From an uncultured virus (IMG/VR IMGVR_UViG_3300030107_003216) (lineage: Duplodnaviria; Heunggongvirae; Uroviricota; Caudoviricetes), in the IMG/VR virus record IMGVR_UViG_3300030107_003216, positions 62,001 through 92,582 of that record: a stretch of 30,582 nt of DNA. One strand, 5' to 3'. The notes below the pieces were generated by a model. That model was not told the origin of the DNA. It searched no databases and saw nothing but the letters and a program-made list of their open reading frames with translations. This document shows positions 16,671 to 25,059 of the stretch, one piece after another. How positions within the stretch are numbered: the first letter of the stretch is position 1; each line of letters starts with the position of its first letter. A program made the position numbers and the translations under genes.

Positions 16671-17195
16671 TCATTCCTCTTCGTCGCCCTCCGTAGCGTC
16701 TGTGGTTGCCTCTTTAACAGGAGGTGGAGTCATCAATGGCACATTACCATCCATGGAACCATCCCAACGGGAACCGTTCTTATCTTTGTGTGCGTTAAGA
16801 AGCGCACGATAAGCCTTGTTACCCATCTCTTCTGCAAGGTCGTTAATAGTTGCATAAGCACCGCCAGAGCGACCATGCGGCAAGATAACCTTCAGAATTA
16901 CATCAGCATCAGTAAGTGCAGCAAAGGCACTGATAACTGTGTTCTTCACAGAAGTCGCATTTAGCAGAACTTCGTCTGGAAGGTCTGATTCTCGGCCTCT
17001 GCGGGCTGATGGGAAATCTGAGTATTTCTTACCAAGGTTTCTAATTGCACCCCAATAAGTATCTCTCTCATCGTCGTTTTCTGCGTCGTTTCCAAGCATG
17101 ATTGATAATTCAATCGCTGGATTGACGGGGCGAGCCTCTTTCTCAAGCCACAGTGTAACTTGAGCCGTGTTCATATTCCAATTCTCTATCTTCAT
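16671..17195 (-). CDS. Hypothetical protein, paralogue family member 2
   Basis: GGTGA Shine-Dalgarno; ERDTYWGAIRNLGKKYSDFP; acidic tail. Confidence 0.8.
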   Translation of the reverse strand: MKIENWNMNTAQVTLWLEKEARPVNPAIELSIMLGNDAENDDERDTYWGAIRNLGKKYSDFPSARRGRESDLPDEVLLNATSVKNTVISAFAALTDADVILKVILPHGRSGGAYATINDLAEEMGNKAYRALLNAHKDKNGSRWDGSMDGNVPLMTPPPVKEATTDATEGDEEE

Positions 17196-17290
17196 CTTAA
17201 ATCACCTAATTATAAGTGGTCTAATGCTTCATATTCCTCCCGAAGCAACCTAACTTGGTCGTGGAGTATAGGGTTGTAATTAAACAAGCG

Positions 17291-17330
17291 CAAAGCGATT
17301 ACAACCATATGGTCGTGCGATTTATCTTTG
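17291..17330. repeat. Palindromic element 2
   Basis: CAAAG-cgattaca-ACCATATGGT-12nt-CTTTG. Confidence 0.85.
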
Positions 17331-17377
17331 TTGAGTGACCCTAAACTTGACCGAAATGGTGTTATTGAGGAAAACCA

Positions 17378-18043
17378 ATGAAGTTGGATAACTACAATGA
17401 GAAGGTTGAACTCATCGAGCCGTGGTTGCTCAAGAAAAAGGAGGTTGTTGAAGCCGAACTTCAGCAATTTGACCCTAATTCTGATGACTACGACGAAAAG
17501 GCACACGAAGCCGTCAAAAAGCAGAAAAAACTGCTTGGTGGCGTTGAAATGAGCCTTGCGATGTGTGAATACCTTGATGATAGCCCCGAAGATACGAAAG
17601 AACGCGCTACTTATTGGAATACAATGAGAATTAGCGGCTCTAAGTTTTCTGATTGGCCTATTGAGAGCAAGAACACCGGCAGTAACCTAACCACTGAGCA
17701 AAAGGTCGTCGCAAACCACCAAAAACCGCTTGTAGCGGGCATTTTCAAGGAAGTGCTTGCTATTGACGGCGCAGAAATGGTTCTAAGACGCCTTATCACG
17801 CCAAGTGCGAGAAAAGGTGGCTGGTTCCCTCTTGGTTCTCTTGAGGATGAGATGAATAAGTTACACGATAAGGTCGTGAAGGTTGCACTAACCGACAAAC
17901 TCGACCGTATTTCACTCAAAGTGGAAGAAGATGTACTTAACAACATCAAAATGCCGCCTCTAAAGCCTAAAATCGAGCGAAAGCCGAAAAAGAAGGCCGA
18001 AGAAGCACCAAAAGCACCGGAATCGGCTGAAGAAGAGGAATAA
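17378..18043 (+). CDS. Hypothetical protein, paralogue family member 3
   Basis: ERATYWNTMRISGSKFSDWP aligns with member 2; acidic tail. Confidence 0.8.
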   Translation: MKLDNYNEKVELIEPWLLKKKEVVEAELQQFDPNSDDYDEKAHEAVKKQKKLLGGVEMSLAMCEYLDDSPEDTKERATYWNTMRISGSKFSDWPIESKNTGSNLTTEQKVVANHQKPLVAGIFKEVLAIDGAEMVLRRLITPSARKGGWFPLGSLEDEMNKLHDKVVKVALTDKLDRISLKVEEDVLNNIKMPPLKPKIERKPKKKAEEAPKAPESAEEEE

Positions 18044-18094
18044 TCCTCTAAATCAGCAGTATTCACGCTTGTTACGCCCAAATATGGGATTTTT

Positions 18095-18137
18095 GCCTTC
18101 GCAGGGGGTTCGCCCCCTGTGGAGGCTCATTTTTTTT
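18095..18137 (+). terminator. UUCG-loop hairpin plus U-tract
   Basis: GCCTTCGCAGGGGG-TTCG-CCCCCTGTGGAGGC-tca-TTTTTTTT. Confidence 0.8.
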
Positions 18138-18187
18138 GGATTTTGACCTATACCCCAAAATTTTAGCCCTCCCTACCCAATATTAAA

Positions 18188-18219
18188 CAAAGATACAATA
18201 CCATATGGTAGTGGCTTTG
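18188..18219. repeat. Palindromic element 3
   Basis: CAAAG-atacaat-ACCATATGGT-agtgg-CTTTG. Confidence 0.85.
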
Positions 18220-18257
18220 TCATTACCGTATCATAGTGTATTCTCACAATAGGTTAC

Positions 18258-18494
18258 TTGGAGAGATATATTATGTCAAGGTTGCATGTAATAATGGTTA
18301 AGCAAATGTCTAAAGGAATGGAAAAATATCAATTTGAAAAGTTCCAAGATGCACTATTCCTAACTATGGAGTCTAACGGATGCGAGTCCTTTTTGGCTAT
18401 TATGGAGGCTGAAGCAAAAGGATTCATGGATTGTGTTATGAGAGAAATGACAAAAGAAGCGGTATGGCTTGTGCAAGAATTATTGGGGGAGTAA
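18258..18494 (+). CDS. Hypothetical protein (start probably ATG 18273)
   Basis: First ORF of a small coupled operon. Confidence 0.6.
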   Translation: MERYIMSRLHVIMVKQMSKGMEKYQFEKFQDALFLTMESNGCESFLAIMEAEAKGFMDCVMREMTKEAVWLVQELLGE

Positions 18495-18496
18495 AA

Positions 18497-18613
18497 ATGA
18501 ATTGGAAAGAAACAGAAAATTACAAGAATTTTATCAAGAATGTAAAGAAGTACGGTATGAGTAAAACACAGTGGCGCAGATTGCGTCATGTTCAACAGGG
18601 GGTTAAACAATGA
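18497..18613 (+). CDS. Small basic hypothetical protein
   Basis: MNWKETENYKNF...; GGGGGAG Shine-Dalgarno; ATGA overlap with the next gene. Confidence 0.55.
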   Translation: MNWKETENYKNFIKNVKKYGMSKTQWRRLRHVQQGVKQ

Positions 18614-18810
18614 CTTGGAATCCACCACAAGGAAAATCAGATTTTATGATTGATAGCGAAACAATGACGGCTCACTTTTGGGCTGATAACAAAGAGGACT
18701 TGAAAACTATGCTAAACATGCAAATGGTGAGTTTAGCATTAGGGGGTTTCAAAATCAAGTGTTATGATGTTTCAGATGTTAAACCGGAAATATTTGGAGA
18801 TGATGAATGA
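18610..18810 (+). CDS. Hypothetical protein
   Basis: ORF with ATGA overlaps. Confidence 0.6.
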   Translation: MTWNPPQGKSDFMIDSETMTAHFWADNKEDLKTMLNMQMVSLALGGFKIKCYDVSDVKPEIFGDDE

Positions 18811-18887
18811 TGAAGATATTAATGTGTGTTAAGTGTGATAATTCTGTGGGGTTCTGTGTATCATTTGGATGCGTGGAACCCCCACTA
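18807..18887 (+). CDS. Cys-rich micropeptide (26 aa)
   Basis: MMKILMCVKCDNSVGFCVSFGCVEPH; ATGA overlap with the previous gene. Confidence 0.4.
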
Positions 18888-18904
18888 ATGGGGCAAGTAA
18901 ATTA

Positions 18905-18934
18905 CAAAGCAACCATATGGTTGTAATAACTTTG
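18905..18934. repeat. Palindromic element 4 (inverted relative to the others)
   Basis: Reverse complement reads CAAAG-ttattaca-ACCATATGGT-tg-CTTTG. Confidence 0.85.
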
Positions 18935-18959
18935 GATAATGAAATGTTACAACCCTATA

Positions 18960-19500
18960 CCTGCGGCCACAGTATTTAGTGCTGGAAGTAATTAATCCGG
19001 CAGACATTGACCGAATGCACCTTTGATAGCGGTGTAAGGTAAATTGTTTCGTGTGGTGCGACATCACCCATTTACAAGGCGTAATCTTGCGTGGAGTAAG
19101 TGGTAGCGATGAAAGTCCTTGAACCTCAAAAGGGGAGTCAATTAACTGTTGGCTTGGATAACAATTGTATGCGGGCTTTCTGAACAATAGAAAGTTATCA
19201 AAGTCAGTGCGAGCCAATCGCATCCGTATTAGTGAGTAGCCAATCTCCTATGTCACCCCTTTAGGGTTTGCCAATAATAAGGTTGAAGTTACATACATGG
19301 CGTAGTGATGTAATTAAATTGATTCCTTTCCCACCCATTATATTCCTATGGCGATTAGTGGCCATAAAACCATAGTGGAACAAACCGGAAACAATGCGTT
19401 GTAAGACCGATATGAATGTAGTAGCACTTTTGAGCCATGGTGACAAAGTGTGAAACACAGGGCCGTAATACGGAGTTTGGAGTACGGGGAGTTCCATTAG
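18960..19500. ncRNA. Putative structured non-coding RNA(s)
   Basis: No credible ORF, raised GC and many short hairpins, bounded by elements 4 and 5. Confidence 0.4.
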
Positions 19501-19517
19501 GGTTCGTTTCACTGTTA

Positions 19518-19546
19518 CAAAGATAAAACCATATGGTGTGGCTTTG
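19518..19546. repeat. Palindromic element 5
   Basis: CAAAG-ataaa-ACCATATGGT-gtgg-CTTTG. Confidence 0.85.
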
Positions 19547-19680
19547 CCAATAAAATGAACTCCCTATTGGGCCACCCACTGCAATAGATTCAGTAATCCC
19601 CTTCCTAAGAGGTTTCCAAATTACCTATTACCCGTATCAAACTCTATGAACAGGATTCTATTACAGTGGGTGGTGGAACA

Positions 19681-19926
19681 TCAGTCTTTAGGCTTCCAGC
19701 CCTTCTTCCAAACCGGCAAGTGAGGATAGGGCTTAGAGCCAAGTATTCTAATAGCAGTCCAATATATGTCTTTATTATATTCCATTTCATCTTCTTCAGT
19801 TTTGAAGTATAAAACGCATGAAAAACGCATAGCAGTAATAACAGCGCATTTATCGTCTTGCTCATCTATCCAATTCAATATCCAATGGACTCTTTCATCT
19901 CTTCTTTGTGTCATTTTAATCACCAT
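19681..19926 (-). CDS. Hypothetical protein (start possibly MTQRR)
   Basis: ORF immediately downstream of 19920-20249. Confidence 0.6.
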   Translation of the reverse strand: MVIKMTQRRDERVHWILNWIDEQDDKCAVITAMRFSCVLYFKTEEDEMEYNKDIYWTAIRILGSKPYPHLPVWKKGWKPKD

Positions 19927-20249
19927 ACCTGTGGAATACCATCACCAATGTATTGATTTGTTCCAGCCCAATAAGTACCGTTTAGATACCACATATAGTT
20001 GCGTTGAACGATGTTAACATTTGGTAGCGCATTCAATCTGTTCTTGGTAGTGCGTGTCATAAATCCACTGTGACTAATCCAGAGTTGTTCGCTTCTTGGT
20101 GTAACCCATGCAATTACATTACCATGTAATAGCATTTCAGAAGATAGTCCTTCAAGTCCATCATCAAACACTTGAACTACTGTATTACCTCTCTTGAATG
20201 GTATTTTATTCATCAGTGCATAAGCCGCATCAATATCAATTTGTGCCAT
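19920..20249 (-). CDS. Conserved phage hypothetical protein
   Basis: LHGNVIA...L.IS..GF.TRTTKNRLNA pattern, recalled from small phage proteins of unknown function. Confidence 0.75.
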   Translation of the reverse strand: MAQIDIDAAYALMNKIPFKRGNTVVQVFDDGLEGLSSEMLLHGNVIAWVTPRSEQLWISHSGFMTRTTKNRLNALPNVNIVQRNYMWYLNGTYWAGTNQYIGDGIPQVW

Positions 20250-20285
20250 AATTATTCTTGGCTTTAACCTTCAGACAGGGTTTTG

Positions 20286-20308
20286 CAAAGCACAACCATA
20301 TGGCTTTG
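20286..20308. repeat. Palindromic element 6
   Basis: CAAAG-caca-ACCATATGG-CTTTG. Confidence 0.8.
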
Positions 20309-20435
20309 TTCAAAATTTTTATTTCTATCTTCTCATTCAAATATTGGGTTCTAAAGGCTCTTGTTTAGCACTTTTGGCTTTAATTATCATAGAGATTAGC
20401 CGCAGCATTTATATGATGAGCCACTTTGGACATTA

Positions 20436-20672
20436 TTGTTTGATATGGCCGATGGTGACGAGGCATTAGAGATACTGAATGATATTAATAAATACATTAA
20501 AGAAATGATAGACGATATTAAGCAAAAAAGAAAGTCACCGCAGCAAATAGACGATACCGACAATAGCAAATTAGACAAGATTACCAAACAATTAAGAGAT
20601 GCTAAAACCAAAATAACAGAATATATTAATCTAATATACAGACAAACTTCACTATCTGATTTCAAGCAATAA
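20436..20672 (+). CDS. Coiled-coil hypothetical protein
   Basis: ORF with typical composition; start uncertain. Confidence 0.5.
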   Translation: MFDMADGDEALEILNDINKYIKEMIDDIKQKRKSPQQIDDTDNSKLDKITKQLRDAKTKITEYINLIYRQTSLSDFKQ

Positions 20673-20814
20673 ATAAAACCACATAATTAAATGATATGAT
20701 TTTTATTCTGGGAATATAAATGAGAAAAATTAAAACCGGGCGCAAGTGCCAAAAAAATTCCGCCACATTTTTTGAGAGATTTTACTTATGAACAAATAAC
20801 AGGAATTGATTATT

Positions 20815-21096
20815 ATGACATGGAAAGACAGAATTAAGAAACAACAACTTAATGAAACTTTGTTGAATAGAAATCTCCTAAAAATACAAGAAGATATGGA
20901 AAATAAATTGATGAAAGATTCATCCACTATTTATGAGTTTCTTTTAGAGAAGGTTTTTTCTAATGATAGAGATAATAAAACATATAGAGAATTAGAAGAT
21001 ATGACAGAAAATCTTAGATTTGATACGCTGAATTTATTAGAGAAAAAAATGAAAGAATACATTTCAGAATTAGTGGATATAATTGAGAGTGATTAA
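20815..21096 (+). CDS. N-terminal-tag protein (MTWKDRIKK)
   Basis: Shared N-terminal motif; start reassigned to the motif ATG. Confidence 0.75.
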   Translation: MTWKDRIKKQQLNETLLNRNLLKIQEDMENKLMKDSSTIYEFLLEKVFSNDRDNKTYRELEDMTENLRFDTLNLLEKKMKEYISELVDIIESD

Positions 21097-21097
21097 T

Positions 21098-21397
21098 ATG
21101 ACATGGAAAGATATACTAAAAGAAATTTATCCTAAAGGAGAAGAACCGAGAGGGTATAAAAGAAGTCAAGAATTAAAAAGAATGGCCTATAAAATTATGA
21201 AAGATAGGTATGGGGAAAAGGAGTTTAGATTAACAAGCCCAAGAAAGCATAGTCCAAAAATGAGAGGGGAATACGAGCATTTAATTGAATTATTGAGAGG
21301 CGGTATGTCGCCTGATATGGCGGCTAAACAACCCTATGTTCCTAAACCACGCACAACTAAAGAGGAAGATGATGCAGGAGAAGGATGGGAAAGGTGA
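21098..21397 (+). CDS. N-terminal-tag protein (MTWKDILKE)
   Basis: Shared motif; GAGTGA Shine-Dalgarno. Confidence 0.75.
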   Translation: MTWKDILKEIYPKGEEPRGYKRSQELKRMAYKIMKDRYGEKEFRLTSPRKHSPKMRGEYEHLIELLRGGMSPDMAAKQPYVPKPRTTKEEDDAGEGWER

Positions 21398-21402
21398 TTA
21401 AT

Positions 21403-21597
21403 ATGACATGGAAAGATATAATTAAACAAGACGAGCAAAGCAGAATAGAAAGATTTAGAAGCCATTTAGAAAAGAACCCTTTTTTGAAAACAAAACATGG
21501 GGCAGAAGCAGAAGCACTTATTCCTCAATTACAACAAGCAATAGGAACTCCCCAATTTGAACAATTGGCTTCTTCTATTACTTGGTATAAGATTTGA
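21403..21597 (+). CDS. N-terminal-tag protein (MTWKDIIKQ)
   Basis: Shared motif; AGGTGA Shine-Dalgarno. Confidence 0.75.
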   Translation: MTWKDIIKQDEQSRIERFRSHLEKNPFLKTKHGAEAEALIPQLQQAIGTPQFEQLASSITWYKI

Positions 21598-21607
21598 TGT
21601 GATTGAT

Positions 21608-21904
21608 ATGACTTGGAAAGATGGTATTAGAAAGAATGAAAGCGAAATAGAAAACATGCTAACTGACTTAAAGGATAAACTTAGAGATGCTTTATCCTAT
21701 AAACCAGAAGAGGTAAAGAACGAACAAGGGCAGTTTATACGAGAAGAGGTTGAGCCGGTGCTTGAAGCATTTAGAGAGGCTAAAGAAGCAATAAGGTATT
21801 TAACTGAAGAATTAGCAGAATATGGTGAAACATTAGGCGTATGGGATGGTTCCTATGGTTATGATTATTTGCCATCAGGTGATTTTACTAATGAAGATGA
21901 TTAA
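21608..21904 (+). CDS. N-terminal-tag protein (MTWKDGIRK)
   Basis: Shared motif. Confidence 0.75.
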   Translation: MTWKDGIRKNESEIENMLTDLKDKLRDALSYKPEEVKNEQGQFIREEVEPVLEAFREAKEAIRYLTEELAEYGETLGVWDGSYGYDYLPSGDFTNEDD

Positions 21905-21905
21905 T

Positions 21906-22127
21906 ATGACATGGAAAGATGACATTAAAAAAGATGATTTCGGGGTTGGGCCAATTACTACTTTGAATAATCTTTTTGAGGCAATCCGAATAGCCCTAAT
22001 AACTAATAAAATGGTTATGAACTCTAAAACTTCTGAAATAAGCGAACAAGATAAAGGGCTTCTTACAAGCAGTAGCCGCTCTTTAGATAAAGCACAAAAA
22101 CAAATTGAGAGAATGATGAGGCGATAA
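21906..22127 (+). CDS. N-terminal-tag protein (MTWKDDIKK)
   Basis: Shared motif. Confidence 0.75.
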   Translation: MTWKDDIKKDDFGVGPITTLNNLFEAIRIALITNKMVMNSKTSEISEQDKGLLTSSSRSLDKAQKQIERMMRR

Positions 22128-22128
22128 T

Positions 22129-22389
22129 ATGACATGGAAAAAACTACTAAAACAAAGAAGCGATTTCAAATGGACTGTTCGTGAAAAATTAGATGATTTA
22201 ATAGAGGAACTTGCTAAAACAGAAGAAGCAAAAGAAGAAGCAGCGAGTATTTCTGATATAGACAGACTGCTGATGCCGGAAATATCTATTATTAGTAACC
22301 TAATGAAGTATATTGAAGAATTAGATAGAGATAAGTTTAATCTTTATCCTTCAATAGACCAACCTAACCCTGAAGAATATGTTGAGTGA
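22129..22389 (+). CDS. N-terminal-tag protein (MTWKKLLKQ)
   Basis: Shared motif. Confidence 0.75.
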   Translation: MTWKKLLKQRSDFKWTVREKLDDLIEELAKTEEAKEEAASISDIDRLLMPEISIISNLMKYIEELDRDKFNLYPSIDQPNPEEYVE

Positions 22390-22394
22390 TTACT

Positions 22395-22502
22395 ATGACT
22401 CGATGCACATTACTTGATACTTGGTTTGATGCTAAATCTAAAGAATTAGATAAGGCAGAAAAAGAGAAGAAGAAAGATTTGATTACAGGTGAAAAGAAAT
22501 GA
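22395..22502 (+). CDS. Small hypothetical protein (35 aa)
   Basis: Manual translation MTRCTLLDTWFDAKSKELDK...; ATGA overlap with the next gene. Confidence 0.55.
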   Translation: MTRCTLLDTWFDAKSKELDKAEKEKKKDLITGEKK

Positions 22503-22873
22503 CATGGCAAAATGTAATTAAAAATGAACCGACTATTTTAATTGAAGGTCTAAAAAATATATTAGATGAAGCACTTGATGAAATATCTGATGAAGAAGGT
22601 GCAGTATATCAAGGAAATAAAAGAATAAAACATAATGGTGGTTCTATTAGAATTACGCTTCATGTTGAATCAACCCCTCCTAATCAAATGGCAAGAGTAT
22701 CTTTTACAGGTAAAACAGGAATTGACTTTGATTACCAAATTTATAAATTAACAGAAGAAGGTAAAAAATGGGAAGGCGGTTTTGTTGGAGATAGTAATGA
22801 ATCTATAAGTGAAGAAATACAAAGAAAGATTTTATCCGTTGCAGATAAAATGCCAATATATCAATATTATTAG
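22499..22873 (+). CDS. N-terminal-tag protein (MTWQNVIKN)
   Basis: Shared motif; AGGTGA Shine-Dalgarno. Confidence 0.75.
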   Translation: MTWQNVIKNEPTILIEGLKNILDEALDEISDEEGAVYQGNKRIKHNGGSIRITLHVESTPPNQMARVSFTGKTGIDFDYQIYKLTEEGKKWEGGFVGDSNESISEEIQRKILSVADKMPIYQYY

Positions 22874-22883
22874 GTGAAAAGAA

Positions 22884-23261
22884 ATGACTTGGCAAGATAT
22901 ATTGAAGGTTGATAATATATATGATACCTCAGACCCTTTATATGATTCTGAGGCAGAAGAAAGAATTAGAGAATTAGGACAATATTTTGATGAAGATATT
23001 GATAGGCAGGAATTAGAAAAGCATTTAGAAATTGAGTATAATGTCGGAAGATTTACTGAAATTAGTGATAGAGATTTCAAAAAAGAAATGAAGAAGTTAA
23101 TGGATGATGCCCCTAATTCTCATCACATGGATTATAGGATTTTTATAGATATTGAAATGAATGATTGGTTTCAATGGCTTGCAGGAGAAATAGATTTATA
23201 TTTCCCAATTAAAAACGCATATAAAGAAATGGTCGAAGATATAAGAGGAAATACATTTTGA
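22884..23261 (+). CDS. N-terminal-tag protein (MTWQDILKV), acidic
   Basis: Shared motif; AGGTGA Shine-Dalgarno. Confidence 0.75.
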   Translation: MTWQDILKVDNIYDTSDPLYDSEAEERIRELGQYFDEDIDRQELEKHLEIEYNVGRFTEISDRDFKKEMKKLMDDAPNSHHMDYRIFIDIEMNDWFQWLAGEIDLYFPIKNAYKEMVEDIRGNTF

Positions 23262-23271
23262 GGTGAGAAAT

Positions 23272-23607
23272 ATGTCTTGGCGAGATATTATCAAAGCGTT
23301 TCCCGATGTAATCCATGATAAAAACGGCGAAGTATTTCACTTTGTTGGCAGACAAGGTAACTTAGGTAAATATTCTAACGGTGAAAAAGAAGTCCTATTC
23401 GATGAAAAGAAGGCTAAACTCAATGCGCCATCTAAAGGATTAACTATGGATGATGATGTCAAATTTCAAATAGAGGATGATACTAAAGGCACATCTTTTC
23501 AAGAATTCAAAGAGGCTATGGCTGTCGCAGTAACTACTACTTCTTCGCCAGCACTGTTTAATACTACATATAACCAGCGAAAAAAGAAAAAGGAGGATGA
23601 GGAATGA
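23272..23607 (+). CDS. N-terminal-tag protein (MSWRDIIKA)
   Basis: Shared motif; GAGGTGA Shine-Dalgarno. Confidence 0.75.
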   Translation: MSWRDIIKAFPDVIHDKNGEVFHFVGRQGNLGKYSNGEKEVLFDEKKAKLNAPSKGLTMDDDVKFQIEDDTKGTSFQEFKEAMAVAVTTTSSPALFNTTYNQRKKKKEDEE

Positions 23608-25055
23608 GTAAAAAGAAAAAGACAAGTACCACCAAGAAAAATCAGAAAGAATGGAAAGGTATGAAAATTACTCAAAACACTTCAAAGTCTGAATTTATTC
23701 AAGACTACCTTGCTTGGAAAAGAGCATGTACCGGAATCAAAAGTGGAAAAATGATGGTTCAAGGTATTCCAACATTGTATGATTTTTTGGTTGAGCATGT
23801 TACTTCGACTTCAATGAGAACAGGTAGCAGAAACCGAGGCCATGTGAATTCGGGTGCAAATAAATACATCAAGTTACTTGACAATCTATTAGAGAGAAAA
23901 TTCTATACTGTTGGTGATGAAATGATTATCAAAAATTTAGGAGATGCTTTAATGGCTCTGAAAGGTACAGGAAAAGATACTGAAGAATCACCTGCATTAG
24001 ACCCCGGTTTTATTCTATTTACTGAAAGTAAAAGAGGTCGAAGAGGACAAAAGTTAGCACCTAAGATTGTTCAAGGACATTATCGAACAGAAGCCTATGC
24101 TAAGAAAAACAAAACTTCTGCCGCACCCGACCATTGGTTCACAGGTACTAATTTACCACACAAGGCTTTGTTTAACGAAAGTGCTGATGATGAATTTAAG
24201 TCAAGAGGATTAGCAGTAATTATGCAAGATGTAAAAGGAAAACTTGCAGACATTACAAATGAAGTTGATGATATTCCTATTCCCGAAGATGATAATATCC
24301 AAGAATATGAGGCTCTTGGTGACATTGAACAATTCTTTGACAAGGTTGTTAGAAATGTAGGATTTTGGAGTAAAGATGGTCGTCTATTAGTTGGGCCTCT
24401 CAAGAGAGAATTTGAAAACACTCAATTCAAATTAGGTATTCAAGACCAAGATGTAATTAGAGAGTTTCCAAGATTAAAGCAAAAAGATGCACCCGCAGGT
24501 AAAATTACATCAGTTACATTTGAGGCTTCACCACTAACATTAGTGACTTTAGTTGATAGAGCATTGATACGACAACAGCCATCTGGCCGTAATGGTCGAA
24601 GTGCGCCTAATGATGAATTTGCTTGGCAGAATGCAATTAGAACAGGATTCGATTATAGAATAGCCGGAGAAGAAGAATTAGTGTTCCCTGTAAATAGTGT
24701 TAGAATAGCAAAAGAATTAGCAAAGATACCGGAGATTAAACGATTTGCTCAAGGTCTTTTGAGAAAGACTAACTTATACAATGGGCCTAATTTCCAAACT
24801 TCTAATGCGGCTAAACTCTTAGCAGAAAAGAAATTTAATTATTCTCCTACTTCTCAACAAGCAATTCTTAATTTGTTTAGAAAAGAAAAAGCACAACCTA
24901 AATCTATTCAGTTAAAATTAACTAAGAATGCTATGAAGGCTCTTTTGAATCAATCTGTAATTACTCGAACAAGAGATTTGCAGAGTATGAATGCGCCTAA
25001 CACTGATGAGAAAATTGTTTTGAAAGGAATGTGGCAAAGCCTTCTATGGGGTTGA
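23604..25055 (+). CDS. Hypothetical protein (483 aa)
   Basis: Long ORF with GGAGG Shine-Dalgarno; no recognised motif. Confidence 0.8.
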   Translation: MSKKKKTSTTKKNQKEWKGMKITQNTSKSEFIQDYLAWKRACTGIKSGKMMVQGIPTLYDFLVEHVTSTSMRTGSRNRGHVNSGANKYIKLLDNLLERKFYTVGDEMIIKNLGDALMALKGTGKDTEESPALDPGFILFTESKRGRRGQKLAPKIVQGHYRTEAYAKKNKTSAAPDHWFTGTNLPHKALFNESADDEFKSRGLAVIMQDVKGKLADITNEVDDIPIPEDDNIQEYEALGDIEQFFDKVVRNVGFWSKDGRLLVGPLKREFENTQFKLGIQDQDVIREFPRLKQKDAPAGKITSVTFEASPLTLVTLVDRALIRQQPSGRNGRSAPNDEFAWQNAIRTGFDYRIAGEEELVFPVNSVRIAKELAKIPEIKRFAQGLLRKTNLYNGPNFQTSNAAKLLAEKKFNYSPTSQQAILNLFRKEKAQPKSIQLKLTKNAMKALLNQSVITRTRDLQSMNAPNTDEKIVLKGMWQSLLWG

Positions 25056-25059
25056 TTTA

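Noticed and set aside
17210..18081. Minus-strand ORFs 17210-17506 and 17611-18081
   Set aside because: They are antisense shadows of the 17378-18043 gene, which has paralogue support and a terminator.
18497..18640. MNWKET and MTWNPP starts as members of the N-terminal tag family
   Set aside because: They share only MxW, lack the hydrophobic-hydrophobic-Lys part, and lie in a different region.
19109..19119. GATGAAAGTCC resembles the RNase P RNA conserved region GAGGAAAGUCC
   Set aside because: It has one mismatch and I found no matching 3' P4 partner; left as an unassigned ncRNA candidate.
16520..20308. CRISPR array interpretation of the ACCATATGGT repeats
   Set aside because: The spacers are 600-900 bp and contain genes, the repeats vary in length, and no cas genes are visible.
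21090..22140. CRISPR or tandem-repeat interpretation of the ATGACATGGAAA repeats
   Set aside because: The repeats coincide with gene starts and are separated by 200-300 bp open reading frames.
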